56,408 nt of DNA from a virus (taxonomy: Duplodnaviria > Caudoviricetes): IMG/VR virus record IMGVR_UViG_3300032156_000011, positions 1 to 56,408 of that record; one strand, written 5' to 3'. Below the pieces are notes generated by a model. It was not told where the DNA came from. It saw only the letters and a list, made by a program, of their open reading frames with translations, and searched no databases. Position numbers and translations under genes: made by a program. Below are positions 1 through 8,640 of the stretch, in pieces; positions within the stretch are counted from its first letter, which is position 1; each line of letters opens with the position of its first letter.

Positions 1-60
1 TAATTTTTCCGTAACGGCACGATATAGAATAGATGCTATAATTGAATCATAGAGAGAAAG
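1..60. repeat. Terminal direct repeat (identical to 56349-56408); indicates circularisable contig
   Basis: Exact 60-bp match at both ends. The same sequence also occurs internally at 4491-4550. Confidence 0.95.
34..42 (+). promoter_or_regulatory. Extended -10 promoter (TGCTATAAT) for early genes
   Basis: TGnTATAAT upstream of an AAAGGAG RBS and ORF 118; identical copy at 4524-4532. Confidence 0.7.
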
Positions 61-117
61 AAAACCGACCGGCGAACGAGCGCGAACCCGGACGGAAACA
101 GAAACCGAAAAGGAGAT

Positions 118-513
118 TTGAAAATGAACAAGTGTCAATTTTGCGGAACGGAACTCCAAAACAAGCGCGCAAAGAATTGCGCAGAGTGCAATACGATCAT
201 GGCAGACGCAAACAAGCGCGGCGTCTACGGTTTCGTGATGGAAGCGGTAGCGCAAGCGCGGAAGGACGGATTGACCGGCGACGCGATGCACCAAGCGATG
301 CGGAGCGCGGCGAAGCTCGGCGCGGGGAAACGCGCAGAGTGGTCGGCGGAGTACAAGCGCAATCTGGAAGCAAAGCTTGCGCAAGAGCGAGAGGCGCGGA
401 AAGCGTGGAAAGAGACCGCGCACATGGACGAGGAGGAATTGGACGGTCAAGCGCAGGCGCACCGGACAACACCACGCACCGATATGGACATTGAAGATCA
501 AGCGACCTGGTAA
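118..513 (+). CDS. Hypothetical early protein with two CxxC motifs (putative Zn finger)
   Basis: AAAGGAG RBS; CQFC...CAEC. Confidence 0.75.
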   Translation: MKMNKCQFCGTELQNKRAKNCAECNTIMADANKRGVYGFVMEAVAQARKDGLTGDAMHQAMRSAAKLGAGKRAEWSAEYKRNLEAKLAQEREARKAWKETAHMDEEELDGQAQAHRTTPRTDMDIEDQATW

Positions 514-518
514 GGATC

Positions 519-640
519 GGGAGGGGGCTTGCTCCCCCTCGTTTGCTCCTCTAAAAAAAAGGGGGGGGGGCAAACGAGGGAGTGGAAGCCGACCGCAGCG
601 CAAGTAGGCGGCGGAAAACAAGACCAAAAGGAGAATTGAA
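519..640 (+). other. Conserved structured intergenic element (hairpins plus RBS), copy 1
   Basis: CCCTCGTTTGC (536-546) pairs with GCAAACGAGGG (570-580); homologous to 4812-4944. Confidence 0.7.
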
Positions 641-1066
641 ATGGGATTCAGAGAGTATCTTTCGGATAGGGCAGCCGAATACGCTGCTCTTCAACAGAGT
701 TACGCCACCTGGCTCGACGCGGAAGGTGGTCAGCACCCTGGTACGTTCGGGTATGTTTTCAGCGATGCGCTGGGAGCTTTCTGCGCGCATTCGCTGGGTA
801 CGGCGGCCCCGTTCGAGCGGGATGAGAACGGGCATCTGATCCGCTATTCTATCCTGAGAGGTGAGAATCCCCCTTCCCCCGAAGAGTGGCACAGCTTCGG
901 GGACCAGGCGCGTTATTCTGCTGCTTGCGACGCCGCTTTAAGCGGGGATGATGCATCTTTCCGCGATATTTTGGTGGAAGAGGCGGTTGATCGCGCTCGG
1001 TATGACTGGGCGCGATCAGAAGCGGGCCGGGAGTATGCCCGCCTGCAAATCAATGCTGGATGGTAG
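641..1066 (+). CDS. Hypothetical early protein
   Basis: AAGGAG RBS, 141-aa ORF. Confidence 0.75.
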   Translation: MGFREYLSDRAAEYAALQQSYATWLDAEGGQHPGTFGYVFSDALGAFCAHSLGTAAPFERDENGHLIRYSILRGENPPSPEEWHSFGDQARYSAACDAALSGDDASFRDILVEEAVDRARYDWARSEAGREYARLQINAGW

Positions 1067-1241
1067 GCTTCGGCCTCCCCACCTGTTCCTCGCCGATGGG
1101 TTCCCCCACAACCGCTAATAAGCCAAGTGGGGGTCCGGCATCGAAGCCGGACGGCGATTTGTACAGCGCGTTGGGCAAGACAGCGAGGACGCGAGGGGGT
1201 GCGAGGCCCTTCAAAGCGGGAAACGTAGGGGGTACAGCGCA

Positions 1242-1679
1242 ATGAGCAACGAGATCAAAGTTTTGACCGTCCGGCAACCCTGGGCCAGCTTGATCATGGC
1301 CGGCGTCAAGAACATCGAGAACCGTTCCCGGCGGACATTGCACCGGGGACCGCTGGTGATTCACGCGGCGGCTGGATACTACCCGGACGCGGAGCAAGCG
1401 GAGCGCGAGTTCTGCGCAAAGATCGGCGCGGCTTTTCCCAAGTCGCTCCTCAGGGGTGGGATAATCGGGGTTGTTGACCTGGTGGGGGTGGTTTGGGAAG
1501 TGGGGGAGCCTGGCAGCAACTTTGAGACGGATGACGCGGCGCTACCCGACCCCCTCGATGGCTCTTGGTTCTTGGGGCCTTACGGGTGGGTGCTGGCGAA
1601 TCCGCGTCCCTGCGAGTTCTACCCCTGCAAAGGGCAACTGGGACTTTGGCGGATTCGTGAGGATTTGATCAAGTTGTGA
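1242..1679 (+). CDS. ASCH domain protein
   Basis: LTVRQPWASLIMAGVKNIENR...RGPLVIHA...GQLGLW signature. Confidence 0.9.
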   Translation: MSNEIKVLTVRQPWASLIMAGVKNIENRSRRTLHRGPLVIHAAAGYYPDAEQAEREFCAKIGAAFPKSLLRGGIIGVVDLVGVVWEVGEPGSNFETDDAALPDPLDGSWFLGPYGWVLANPRPCEFYPCKGQLGLWRIREDLIKL

Positions 1680-1811
1680 ATCCCGACTGAGGGATAGCGG
1701 AGTTCGTTTGGGGATAAGGTTTGGGGTAGTACACAGGCTCGTGTACTCCTCACTGGGTATTAGCGGTAGGACTGGGCCTACCGCTTTTTCTTGCTCCCCT
1801 TCTTGCACATT

Positions 1812-2114
1812 TCAACCCCCGTACTCTTCAACAAGCGCCCTTGCCGCCAGCACGTTGTCAATGACCGCATGGCCGACGTTAGGTCCCAAGTGCGGGTGTA
1901 TCCTCTCCCAAAACCTGACCTGGCTATCCCGCAGCCGTTCCCCCGGCGCTTTCGTCTCCACAAAGACGGTCACGTTGTTGCGGACGATAATCAGGTCGGT
2001 TATGCCGGCGTGCTGCTTACGCTCTTTGCGGTCGGTGCTCAGGTCAAAGACTTCCCAACCGGCGTCCGTGAAAATGGCCTTGACCTGCGCCTTTAGTTCG
2101 CTCTCAGGTCCCAC
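1812..2114 (-). CDS. VRR-NUC domain (PD-(D/E)XK) nuclease
   Basis: ESELKAQV...GITDLII...VFVETKAPGERLRDSQ. Confidence 0.85.
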   Translation of the reverse strand: MGPESELKAQVKAIFTDAGWEVFDLSTDRKERKQHAGITDLIIVRNNVTVFVETKAPGERLRDSQVRFWERIHPHLGPNVGHAVIDNVLAARALVEEYGG

Positions 2115-2315
2115 CTACCCCTCCCGCGTATTTTCCCGCATCGCTCTCCAAACCATCTCACGGCGACGCGCCTCCGCCGCGCTCTTTTCTTTTTGACAAA
2201 CGGGGCACCAAATATACCCCATGCCGCGACACCCCGCACAGTTGGAGATAGGCGCACCATCGCAACCGGCGCAGGTTATTTTTCCGCTGCCGCCACACGT
2301 TTTGCACGCGCTCAT
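2115..2315 (-). CDS. Small DnaJ-type CxxCxGxG zinc-finger protein
   Basis: CKTCGGSG, CAGCDG, CAGCRGMG, CPVC. Confidence 0.75.
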   Translation of the reverse strand: MSACKTCGGSGKITCAGCDGAPISNCAGCRGMGYIWCPVCQKEKSAAEARRREMVWRAMRENTREG

Positions 2316-2396
2316 TCCCCACCCCTGAAAGGCGCGGCGATCACGACGGTCTGCGCAGCCGCCTCACTGGTCTCGTTTTGATGGGCGCGTGCCCGT

Positions 2397-2421
2397 TGCT
2401 CTACCACTGAGCTACCCCGGC
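2397..2421 (-). pseudogene. tRNA 5'-half remnant (acceptor 5' strand plus D-arm)
   Basis: Minus strand reads GCCGGGG-TA-GCTC-AGTGGTA-GAGC-A; no T-arm follows. Confidence 0.6.
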
Positions 2422-2724
2422 ATGTCGTTTTACCGTCCACCTTTCCAAAGCCTGGTCGAGCAGTGTTCCAACAGCCGCCCCCACCCCCACCCCGGCAAAC
2501 GACAGGAAGGCCGACCCGACCGCCGGGACGCCGTGCGCCGCGTGCGCCTCCACAAATGGCAAAGCCACGAGCACGCCGGTCGCCGACCGGTACAAGGCCG
2601 GGTCTTTCAGATGCGGCTTGACCAGTCTGCAAAATACCTCGTGCGCCAGCAGTCCGGCAGCCGCGCTCAAAGCAATGAGCCATGTTTGACTGATTCGTTT
2701 CATAGTCCTAGTTGTTGTGCGCAC
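2401..2724 (-). CDS. Small membrane protein (lysis-cassette associated)
   Basis: Two to three hydrophobic segments; downstream of holin/endolysin-like genes. Confidence 0.6.
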   Translation of the reverse strand: MRTTTRTMKRISQTWLIALSAAAGLLAHEVFCRLVKPHLKDPALYRSATGVLVALPFVEAHAAHGVPAVGSAFLSFAGVGVGAAVGTLLDQALERWTVKRHAGVAQW

Positions 2725-3047
2725 GTCGTTACTTGCCCGGTCTTCGGGTCAATCCCATTGCGGTGCAAAATTGACCGCAATTCCACGATCTCTTGCCGCA
2801 GTTCTCTAACGTCGCTTCCCAGGCGGCTAATCTCTGCACGCAATTCCCCGTTTACGTCCAGGAGCGCCTTCGTTGCCTTGCTCTCGGAATCTCTAATCGC
2901 CGCTTCCGCCCTGCTATCGGCATCTCGCATTGCCGCTTTCGCTTGCAGAATAGCCGCCCTCGCCTGCGCCTTGTAGTATACAGCAGAAGATATTACCCCG
3001 ACGAGGCTACCGAGCGCGACTATCAAGGAAACGGGGTCAATGTTCAC
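2700..3047 (-). CDS. N-terminal TM plus coiled-coil protein (holin/spanin-like)
   Basis: TM helix followed by heptad-rich coil; lysis context. Confidence 0.65.
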   Translation of the reverse strand: MNIDPVSLIVALGSLVGVISSAVYYKAQARAAILQAKAAMRDADSRAEAAIRDSESKATKALLDVNGELRAEISRLGSDVRELRQEIVELRSILHRNGIDPKTGQVTTCAQQLGL

Positions 3048-3835
3048 GCCGCGCCCCCATCCGCCAACGCGGGCGGCTCAGGGCCAAGCAGGTGAGCGCC
3101 TACCAACTTCCACTGCACGTAACTCTGCCCACCCGCCGCCATGCGCTTGTTTCGGTCGTAAGTGCAACGCAGGCTCGTGATTCCGCCGAAGAGGGGGTCC
3201 ATCACGCGCAAATCATCGTAGGGGCCGCCGGTCGGGTCGGGGACGTACTCAGTAGCCAGCAACCAGTGGTAGGCGCTGCCCAGGGGGATGCAGATGATCA
3301 ATGGGCCGGCGGACAACTCCCGGCGAATCAAGTCCAGGTCGGCGGACGTGTTCCGCCACTCCGGGAATCGGTTACTTCCCGACACCTTGACGAACCGGCA
3401 GTGGAAGGCGTATGCCATCGCGGTCTCACCCCGTTCGCGCAGATATGGCTCTAGGCGCGAGACGAAAGACATAAAATTTCCCCGGAACACTCCGGCGGCG
3501 TTCATGATCGCAACCCATTCCGGCGGCGTCCCGGTGTAGCCGTGATACGCCGCCCATGCCCAGTAATCCATCGCCAGACAACCGTTCAACCCCCACGTCG
3601 CTGCCGTCGTGCTCCCTGGTCCCCGGGTGTAGCGGTCGTTGGCCCAGGGGGAGGGCCAGCCCTGCCGCCCGCCAGGAACCTCCCACCCCCAGTAGGTTGG
3701 ATGGCGTCCCACAGGCACACCCGCCTCCATCCGTGCGGCCTTCTCAGCGGCCAGGGCCAGTTCTTTCGCAACGGCCAATTGCGCGTCCCGTAGGTCGCGC
3801 AGGTTGGCGCTGAGGGGGGCGGTGTCGGTGGTCAT
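3044..3835 (-). CDS. Putative endolysin, C39-like cysteine peptidase
   Basis: GCLAM (Cys), HWLLAT (His), VMDP (Asp) arrangement; flanked by membrane proteins. Confidence 0.7.
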   Translation of the reverse strand: MTTDTAPLSANLRDLRDAQLAVAKELALAAEKAARMEAGVPVGRHPTYWGWEVPGGRQGWPSPWANDRYTRGPGSTTAATWGLNGCLAMDYWAWAAYHGYTGTPPEWVAIMNAAGVFRGNFMSFVSRLEPYLRERGETAMAYAFHCRFVKVSGSNRFPEWRNTSADLDLIRRELSAGPLIICIPLGSAYHWLLATEYVPDPTGGPYDDLRVMDPLFGGITSLRCTYDRNKRMAAGGQSYVQWKLVGAHLLGPEPPALADGGAA

Positions 3836-4257
3836 TTAGCGATGATGGTGGGACCGCGCTGCATGACCAGCTTGTACCACGCCGTCCCGCCGAGGTAGAA
3901 AGACGCCGAGGATAACACGTAGGGCCAGTACGATTCGATGACCGGCCAGGCGTTGGGGGGAATGATGGCAATCATGGTTTGGGCCAGGATGGGCAAGCCG
4001 AGGGCGAATAGGGACACGACCAGGTGCTTGTTGTCGCCAGTGAGGGCCTGGAACCATTCCAGGCGCGTGAGGATCGTAGAGATAACGGCGGCGCTGAGGC
4101 CGGAGCCAGCGACGAGCTTCAGCACGTCCAGAAGACCGGCTGGCTGGCCCGCCTCTTTCACCATGAGCGCGGCGACAACGACGACGAGGGCGACGTCGAC
4201 GACGACCTGCAAGACGACGCTGGCAACGCGCTTGAGCCAATACTGAAAATCGGGCAT
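3832..4257 (-). CDS. Putative holin (multi-TM membrane protein)
   Basis: About four hydrophobic segments; GGAGG RBS; first gene of lysis cassette. Confidence 0.65.
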   Translation of the reverse strand: MPDFQYWLKRVASVVLQVVVDVALVVVVAALMVKEAGQPAGLLDVLKLVAGSGLSAAVISTILTRLEWFQALTGDNKHLVVSLFALGLPILAQTMIAIIPPNAWPVIESYWPYVLSSASFYLGGTAWYKLVMQRGPTIIAK

Positions 4258-4285
4258 TTGAAACCTCCATTCGAGAGTTGTCCTA

Positions 4286-4314
4286 ATTGTACTCGAAAAT
4301 CATGGACGTGTCAA
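4286..4314 (-). promoter_or_regulatory. Sigma70-type promoter for lysis cassette
   Basis: TTGACA-17 bp-TACAAT on minus strand. Confidence 0.8.
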
Positions 4315-4423
4315 GTCCCAATTCGGCGGTCGGGGTGCTACCTGGCGCAGATCGGCGACCTGGCGCGGGCGTCCTGCTCCCACCCCGCTCCCCGCAATCC
4401 TGGCGCGGAACCTGGCGGCGAGC

Positions 4424-4563
4424 GGTCGAAAGTGACAAAGTTCCCCCAAACATCCGTGCTAAGCTTGTGTTACAGTCCGTAACGCAATTGTAATTTTTCC
4501 GTAACGGCACGATATAGAATAGATGCTATAATTGAATCATAGAGAGAAAGAAAACCGACCGGC
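4424..4563. repeat. 140-bp exact direct repeat (other copy 56282-56408 joined to 61-73)
   Basis: Direct sequence identity; contains TCCGT direct repeats and an extended -10. Confidence 0.95.
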
Positions 4564-4607
4564 TCAGGAGCAAGAACCCGGACGGAAACCAAAAAAGGAG
4601 AAGGGAA

Positions 4608-4811
4608 ATGAAGGATCAGGAATTGTACCAAGGCTTGGTAGAGTCCCTCCGATCGGATGGGGCCAAGAGAATACGGGTTGTGGGAACGAGGATTGTGGGG
4701 GGGTACGCCTGCCCGGTCGTCCGGGCGACTTTCCCCGCAGGCAGGTTTGAGGCCGTCCAAGAGGATGGCATCGGATACAAAGAATTAAAGTGGGTGGAGG
4801 TGAAAAGGTAA
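4608..4811 (+). CDS. Hypothetical early protein
   Basis: AAAGGAG RBS downstream of the duplicated promoter. Confidence 0.7.
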   Translation: MKDQELYQGLVESLRSDGAKRIRVVGTRIVGGYACPVVRATFPAGRFEAVQEDGIGYKELKWVEVKR

Positions 4812-4944
4812 GATGGGGAGGGCGGGGGGGGGGCTTGCTCCCCCTCGTTTGCCCCCTAGCCGGGGATGGGAGCAAACGAGGGAGCGGAAGCCGACCGCAG
4901 AGCGCAGGCGGTCGGGAAACTTAATCAAAAAGGAGAATTGAGAA
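4812..4944 (+). other. Conserved structured intergenic element, copy 2
   Basis: CCCTCGTTTGC (4842-4852) pairs with GCAAACGAGGG (4872-4882); then CCGACCGC...GCGGTCGG hairpin. Confidence 0.7.
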
Positions 4945-5163
4945 ATGAGCAACATGGCGGCTGGCGCGGCGCGGGAAGTGAAGGAAAACGGTGGTGGTGA
5001 TGAGGTCCTTGCGCGGTTCGGAGGAGAGTGGTCGGAAGAATTCTCCGCTTACATTTTTCCTGACGGCTCGGCTGGCGCGTTCACTGACTTGCGCAACGGC
5101 GCTCAGGAGCGCACGTCGGCGGGGGAGCCGGTGCTGCACTTTGTCACGGTGAGATTGCGGTAG
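4945..5163 (+). CDS. Hypothetical early protein
   Basis: AAGGAG RBS, ORF. Confidence 0.7.
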   Translation: MSNMAAGAAREVKENGGGDEVLARFGGEWSEEFSAYIFPDGSAGAFTDLRNGAQERTSAGEPVLHFVTVRLR

Positions 5164-5299
5164 AGGCTCCCGCTCCCCCCTCTGCTCCCGATCCCAACGA
5201 TGGGGAGCAGGTGGGGGCGCAGAAAGCAGGCGACCAGCGCACCCGACGGCGCAAACACAACCCCCGTCCGGTCGGGCGGACGGGAAAGGAGTAAGAGCG

Positions 5300-5569
5300 A
5301 TGAAAACCGACAAAGAGGTTCTTGAGCGTTTGGAGGAGCGGATTGCCCGGCTCCTCATGTGCAGCACGGATGAAGACGAGGAGCACGCTTTTGCTCTCGC
5401 GGTAACGTTGTCTGCTTTGCGGCAGGCGATTGCTCAGGAGCGCACGGCGGCGGCGATGGGGCGGATCGCTGACGCGCTTACCTATAAAGTGGGCGACGAT
5501 GAGCGCAGTCAAATAGCTCTCGTTGCCAACCGCATCCTCGTTGCCAGCATGGGAAAAGGCAGGCAGTGA
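5300..5569 (+). CDS. Hypothetical protein
   Basis: AAAGGAG RBS; overlaps next start. Confidence 0.7.
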   Translation: MKTDKEVLERLEERIARLLMCSTDEDEEHAFALAVTLSALRQAIAQERTAAAMGRIADALTYKVGDDERSQIALVANRILVASMGKGRQ

Positions 5570-5805
5570 TGGACGCCACAATCCACCTCAACCATTATGA
5601 CGCCATGCTTTCTATTGGAGAAGGTGACGCTTCGCCGCCCCACCCGCCCGCCCCACCCCTCTCTGGTTACGTGTCCGCTTTCTACCACAGGGGCGGACAT
5701 GGTGACGTGCTGATTGCGGAACCACCACCTGGCGAGTACGGCCCGCGCTTCTGGCGCGACCCGATGCGCAGAGTGTGGGTAGAGATCGCGGAGGCGTGGG
5801 GATGA
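5566..5805 (+). CDS. Hypothetical protein
   Basis: Stop/start coupling at both ends. Confidence 0.6.
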   Translation: MMDATIHLNHYDAMLSIGEGDASPPHPPAPPLSGYVSAFYHRGGHGDVLIAEPPPGEYGPRFWRDPMRRVWVEIAEAWG

Positions 5806-6002
5806 AAGAGGTTGAGCAAGTAGCCCGCTACTGGGCAGAGGACGCGGCCAGTGCTGCGCCGGCGGGGGCTAATCGGTACGTGGTCGCCACGGCGATTGCA
5901 CGGATAGCCCGCTTGGTTTTCAGGCTCGCATTTTGCAAGAGCCAGGAGATCGGGCACCGCGCTGCTAATCAGGAAGCCAAGCGGCGCGGGGGACAACTAT
6001 AA
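5802..6002 (+). CDS. Hypothetical protein
   Basis: ATGA overlap with upstream gene. Confidence 0.55.
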   Translation: MKEVEQVARYWAEDAASAAPAGANRYVVATAIARIARLVFRLAFCKSQEIGHRAANQEAKRRGGQL

Positions 6003-6011
6003 AGGAGAGAC

Positions 6012-6431
6012 ATGCAGAAAATATTTGTAGCTTACTGGGAGTCACAGGCCGAGGTCCGGCGCGTAGTGTCAGAACTGCGCGTCATGTTGGGGGGAAGCCG
6101 GGGAAGTCCGACTTTCACGAAGGGGGTTCGGGGAGCGGAGATCGTCTTTTACGACTCCGATGGCCGCTACCCGACTCTCGACGGCGGGACATTCGCGCAG
6201 AGCGGCGGGGTGAAACTCGCCGTCGGCAGCGATAGCTTTGAGGTCTTGTTCCCCCCGCGCCACGACGCGCACGCTCCGATGTTCCGGCGCGGTCACGTCC
6301 GCCAAGAACTCGACGGCGATGAAGCTGCCGCTTTCCTGGCGCACCTGGTGAGCGGTTTCAAAGCCGCTATGGAAGATGATGCACGGCGGACGTTGGAAGC
6401 CGTAGCGGTACTCGCTGAGGCGACGGCATGA
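6012..6431 (+). CDS. Hypothetical protein
   Basis: AAGGAG RBS. Confidence 0.7.
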   Translation: MQKIFVAYWESQAEVRRVVSELRVMLGGSRGSPTFTKGVRGAEIVFYDSDGRYPTLDGGTFAQSGGVKLAVGSDSFEVLFPPRHDAHAPMFRRGHVRQELDGDEAAAFLAHLVSGFKAAMEDDARRTLEAVAVLAEATA

Positions 6432-6787
6432 TCGTCTTGCGCTTTTACCCCTCCCCGCGCTCCTCAGTCGTCTTGGACATGGGGCGGGGGCGGGAAAAGG
6501 AGGTTATATTCCCAACGCTGCAACGGGACTGGGTGTGCGCGGTGCCAGATTGTCACAGCCCGCTGGCCGTTCTCAGAGACCCGGACGGCGTGACCCGCGC
6601 ACACTGTACGAAAGACGCCAACCACCCGGCAGACTTTGTACCGCTGGCTTGGGTGGAGGCGCAAGAGGCCGCGCAGGAAGAGGCGATTGAGGGCCTTCCC
6701 GAAGACTTGCGCAGGCTGGTGAGGGGAGAGGGCAGAAAGTGCGCCCCCAACTTCTCAATATTCAGTTTGGAAAAGGAGCAACTATGA
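6428..6787 (+). CDS. Hypothetical protein (Cys/His, possible Zn binding)
   Basis: ATGA coupling; CAVPDC...HC...H. Confidence 0.6.
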   Translation: MIVLRFYPSPRSSVVLDMGRGREKEVIFPTLQRDWVCAVPDCHSPLAVLRDPDGVTRAHCTKDANHPADFVPLAWVEAQEAAQEEAIEGLPEDLRRLVRGEGRKCAPNFSIFSLEKEQL

Positions 6788-8085
6788 GTGACAGAGGAAC
6801 ATTGAAGGGGGTGCGCCCGCGAACCGGCCTACCCCCGTTGGGGACAATCCGGCTCGGTTTGCGCAAGCCGGGGGGAGGGGCGATGGCGACGGAGTACTTT
6901 GTGCTCCGTGACGCCCCGGACGTTGCTGACGCGCTCGGTACGAATACGCCGACAGAGATCGAGGTCGTGTTGCTCGGCAACGGGATTACCGAAAACGTGG
7001 TTTCGTTTTTCCAGGTGTTTGCCGGCGGTGTGGCCGGGAAGCGGGGGTTTCTCATTTGCCAGGGTGACGGCGGCGAGATGGAAACCCTGTACCCCCACAC
7101 CATTAAGGAAAAGGACGGCAAAACCGTCGTCGGCAATGGGGCAGGCGACCAGCGGGTCGCCAACGGTATCGCGCAGGTGGACTTCCGCCTTGTCTCAGGC
7201 GGGGAGACGATTCAGTTTCACCCTGGCGACCGGGTGACGTGCCCCGGAAAGAGCAACATGGGACGGTACTTGCACTGCGCTGCCTGTAGCATGCGAACCT
7301 ACCTGCACGTATACCCGGTGTGCGTCGCCAAGCCTGGCAAGCAGGAGATCGGCGTGTACAAAATCTCTACCGGGTCCTGGTACTCCTGGTCCCAAATCCT
7401 GGCGACTTTGGAGGTCGTCCATGCCAAAGCTGGCAGGGTTTCTGGTATTCGCTACATCATGCGCATTGTCCAGCGCGACCGCCCATACCCCGGAGAGGAC
7501 AAGAAGCGGCACATGACGACAAAGCCCGCTTTTGAGTTGATTCCCCTGGGCATGGACTTTGATCGCCTGCTACAACTGGAGCGTGATGCCGTCTTGCGCG
7601 CCCTGCCTGCCCCGGATGATGACGACACGTTTGACGCCGACCTGGTGGTAGAGGATGAAGAGATCCCGGGTGATGGTGATGCGGAGGGGGTAAAGACGAC
7701 CCCCACCCCCACCCCGCTGGCTTCTCAGCGCCCCTACCTTCCCACGACCATCCTCCAGCAGATGCGCCAGCAGTCCGGCGACTGGGTGCAGGGCGTGCTG
7801 GCGGACTGGTCGGACGCGCGCAAGGGGAACACGGAGCAACGCATACCGCCGCCGCCGGAAGAACTCCAGGCGGTATTCGACTTCCTGGGAGACGACATGG
7901 TGGTCGTCGCGGGCTACCTTTTCGACACCACCCCCGACGGCATGAGCGCCGGGGAGGTCGGTGCGTTGCTCATTTTGATCGAGCAAGAGGAATTGGCGCG
8001 GGCAGAAGTGGCGCAGATCGTTGCGCTGGCGGCGGCTGAGTTGTCCGCGCAGAGTGAGGCCGGCAGAGAGCCGGGGGAGGGGTAG
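6784..8085 (+). CDS. Recombination directionality factor-like (Gp3-like) protein
   Basis: N-terminal LPPLGTIRLGLRK...TEYFV motif, Cys cluster, GVYKISTGS; acidic C-terminal part. Confidence 0.65.
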   Translation: MSDRGTLKGVRPRTGLPPLGTIRLGLRKPGGGAMATEYFVLRDAPDVADALGTNTPTEIEVVLLGNGITENVVSFFQVFAGGVAGKRGFLICQGDGGEMETLYPHTIKEKDGKTVVGNGAGDQRVANGIAQVDFRLVSGGETIQFHPGDRVTCPGKSNMGRYLHCAACSMRTYLHVYPVCVAKPGKQEIGVYKISTGSWYSWSQILATLEVVHAKAGRVSGIRYIMRIVQRDRPYPGEDKKRHMTTKPAFELIPLGMDFDRLLQLERDAVLRALPAPDDDDTFDADLVVEDEEIPGDGDAEGVKTTPTPTPLASQRPYLPTTILQQMRQQSGDWVQGVLADWSDARKGNTEQRIPPPPEELQAVFDFLGDDMVVVAGYLFDTTPDGMSAGEVGALLILIEQEELARAEVAQIVALAAAELSAQSEAGREPGEG

Positions 8086-8086
8086 G

Positions 8087-8419
8087 ATGGCAAGGCGTAA
8101 AATGAGGTCATTCGCGGACGCTATGGAGGAGCGGCAGCAGGTCCCGGTCTGGTTGTCAATCGCGCTGTACGACCGAGTGCGGCAGATGGCGGCGGACAAG
8201 GGTGCGACCATCGTTTCACAGTTCCGATGGGCCTTGCTCATGGCTGTCGAGGCCCACGAGGCTGGAAAGGTGCTGGTTATCGCGGACGCGGTGCCTGCCC
8301 CAAGCCCCCACGTCTTTGAAGGTGAGTCGAGAGAAGCCCTCAGCGACGGGGATTGGGCGAAGTTGTTGGACCTGGTAGAGCACAGACAACGCCAACTGCA
8401 AGAGGGGGGTGGGCGGTGA
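8087..8419 (+). CDS. Putative ribbon-helix-helix DNA-binding protein
   Basis: QVPVWLSIALYDRVRQMAADKGATIVSQFRWAL fits the RHH pattern. Confidence 0.55.
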   Translation: MARRKMRSFADAMEERQQVPVWLSIALYDRVRQMAADKGATIVSQFRWALLMAVEAHEAGKVLVIADAVPAPSPHVFEGESREALSDGDWAKLLDLVEHRQRQLQEGGGR

Positions 8420-8640
8420 GTGACCCGCCCATCCTCATACCCGGCCCGCTTCCGGCGATGGGAGAGCAAGTCACCTTCATGACGGCGGAGGGCAAGGAGT
8501 TGACCGGCGAGGTCTACCGGGGCGGCCCGCTGTCGGGGTACGCGGGGGTGCTGGTCGGCGAGGTACGAGAACTGGCGGGAGGGGTGAAGGAATACACGAA
8601 AGCAAAAGAGTACATTTTAAGGGAGGCAAAGAGGAAATGA
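8416..8640 (+). CDS. Hypothetical protein
   Basis: GTGA coupling. Confidence 0.55.
   Translation: MSDPPILIPGPLPAMGEQVTFMTAEGKELTGEVYRGGPLSGYAGVLVGEVRELAGGVKEYTKAKEYILREAKRK

Noticed and set aside
2350-2421. Intact tRNA gene
   Set aside because: No TTC-containing T-arm and no 3' acceptor strand; kept only as a fragment.
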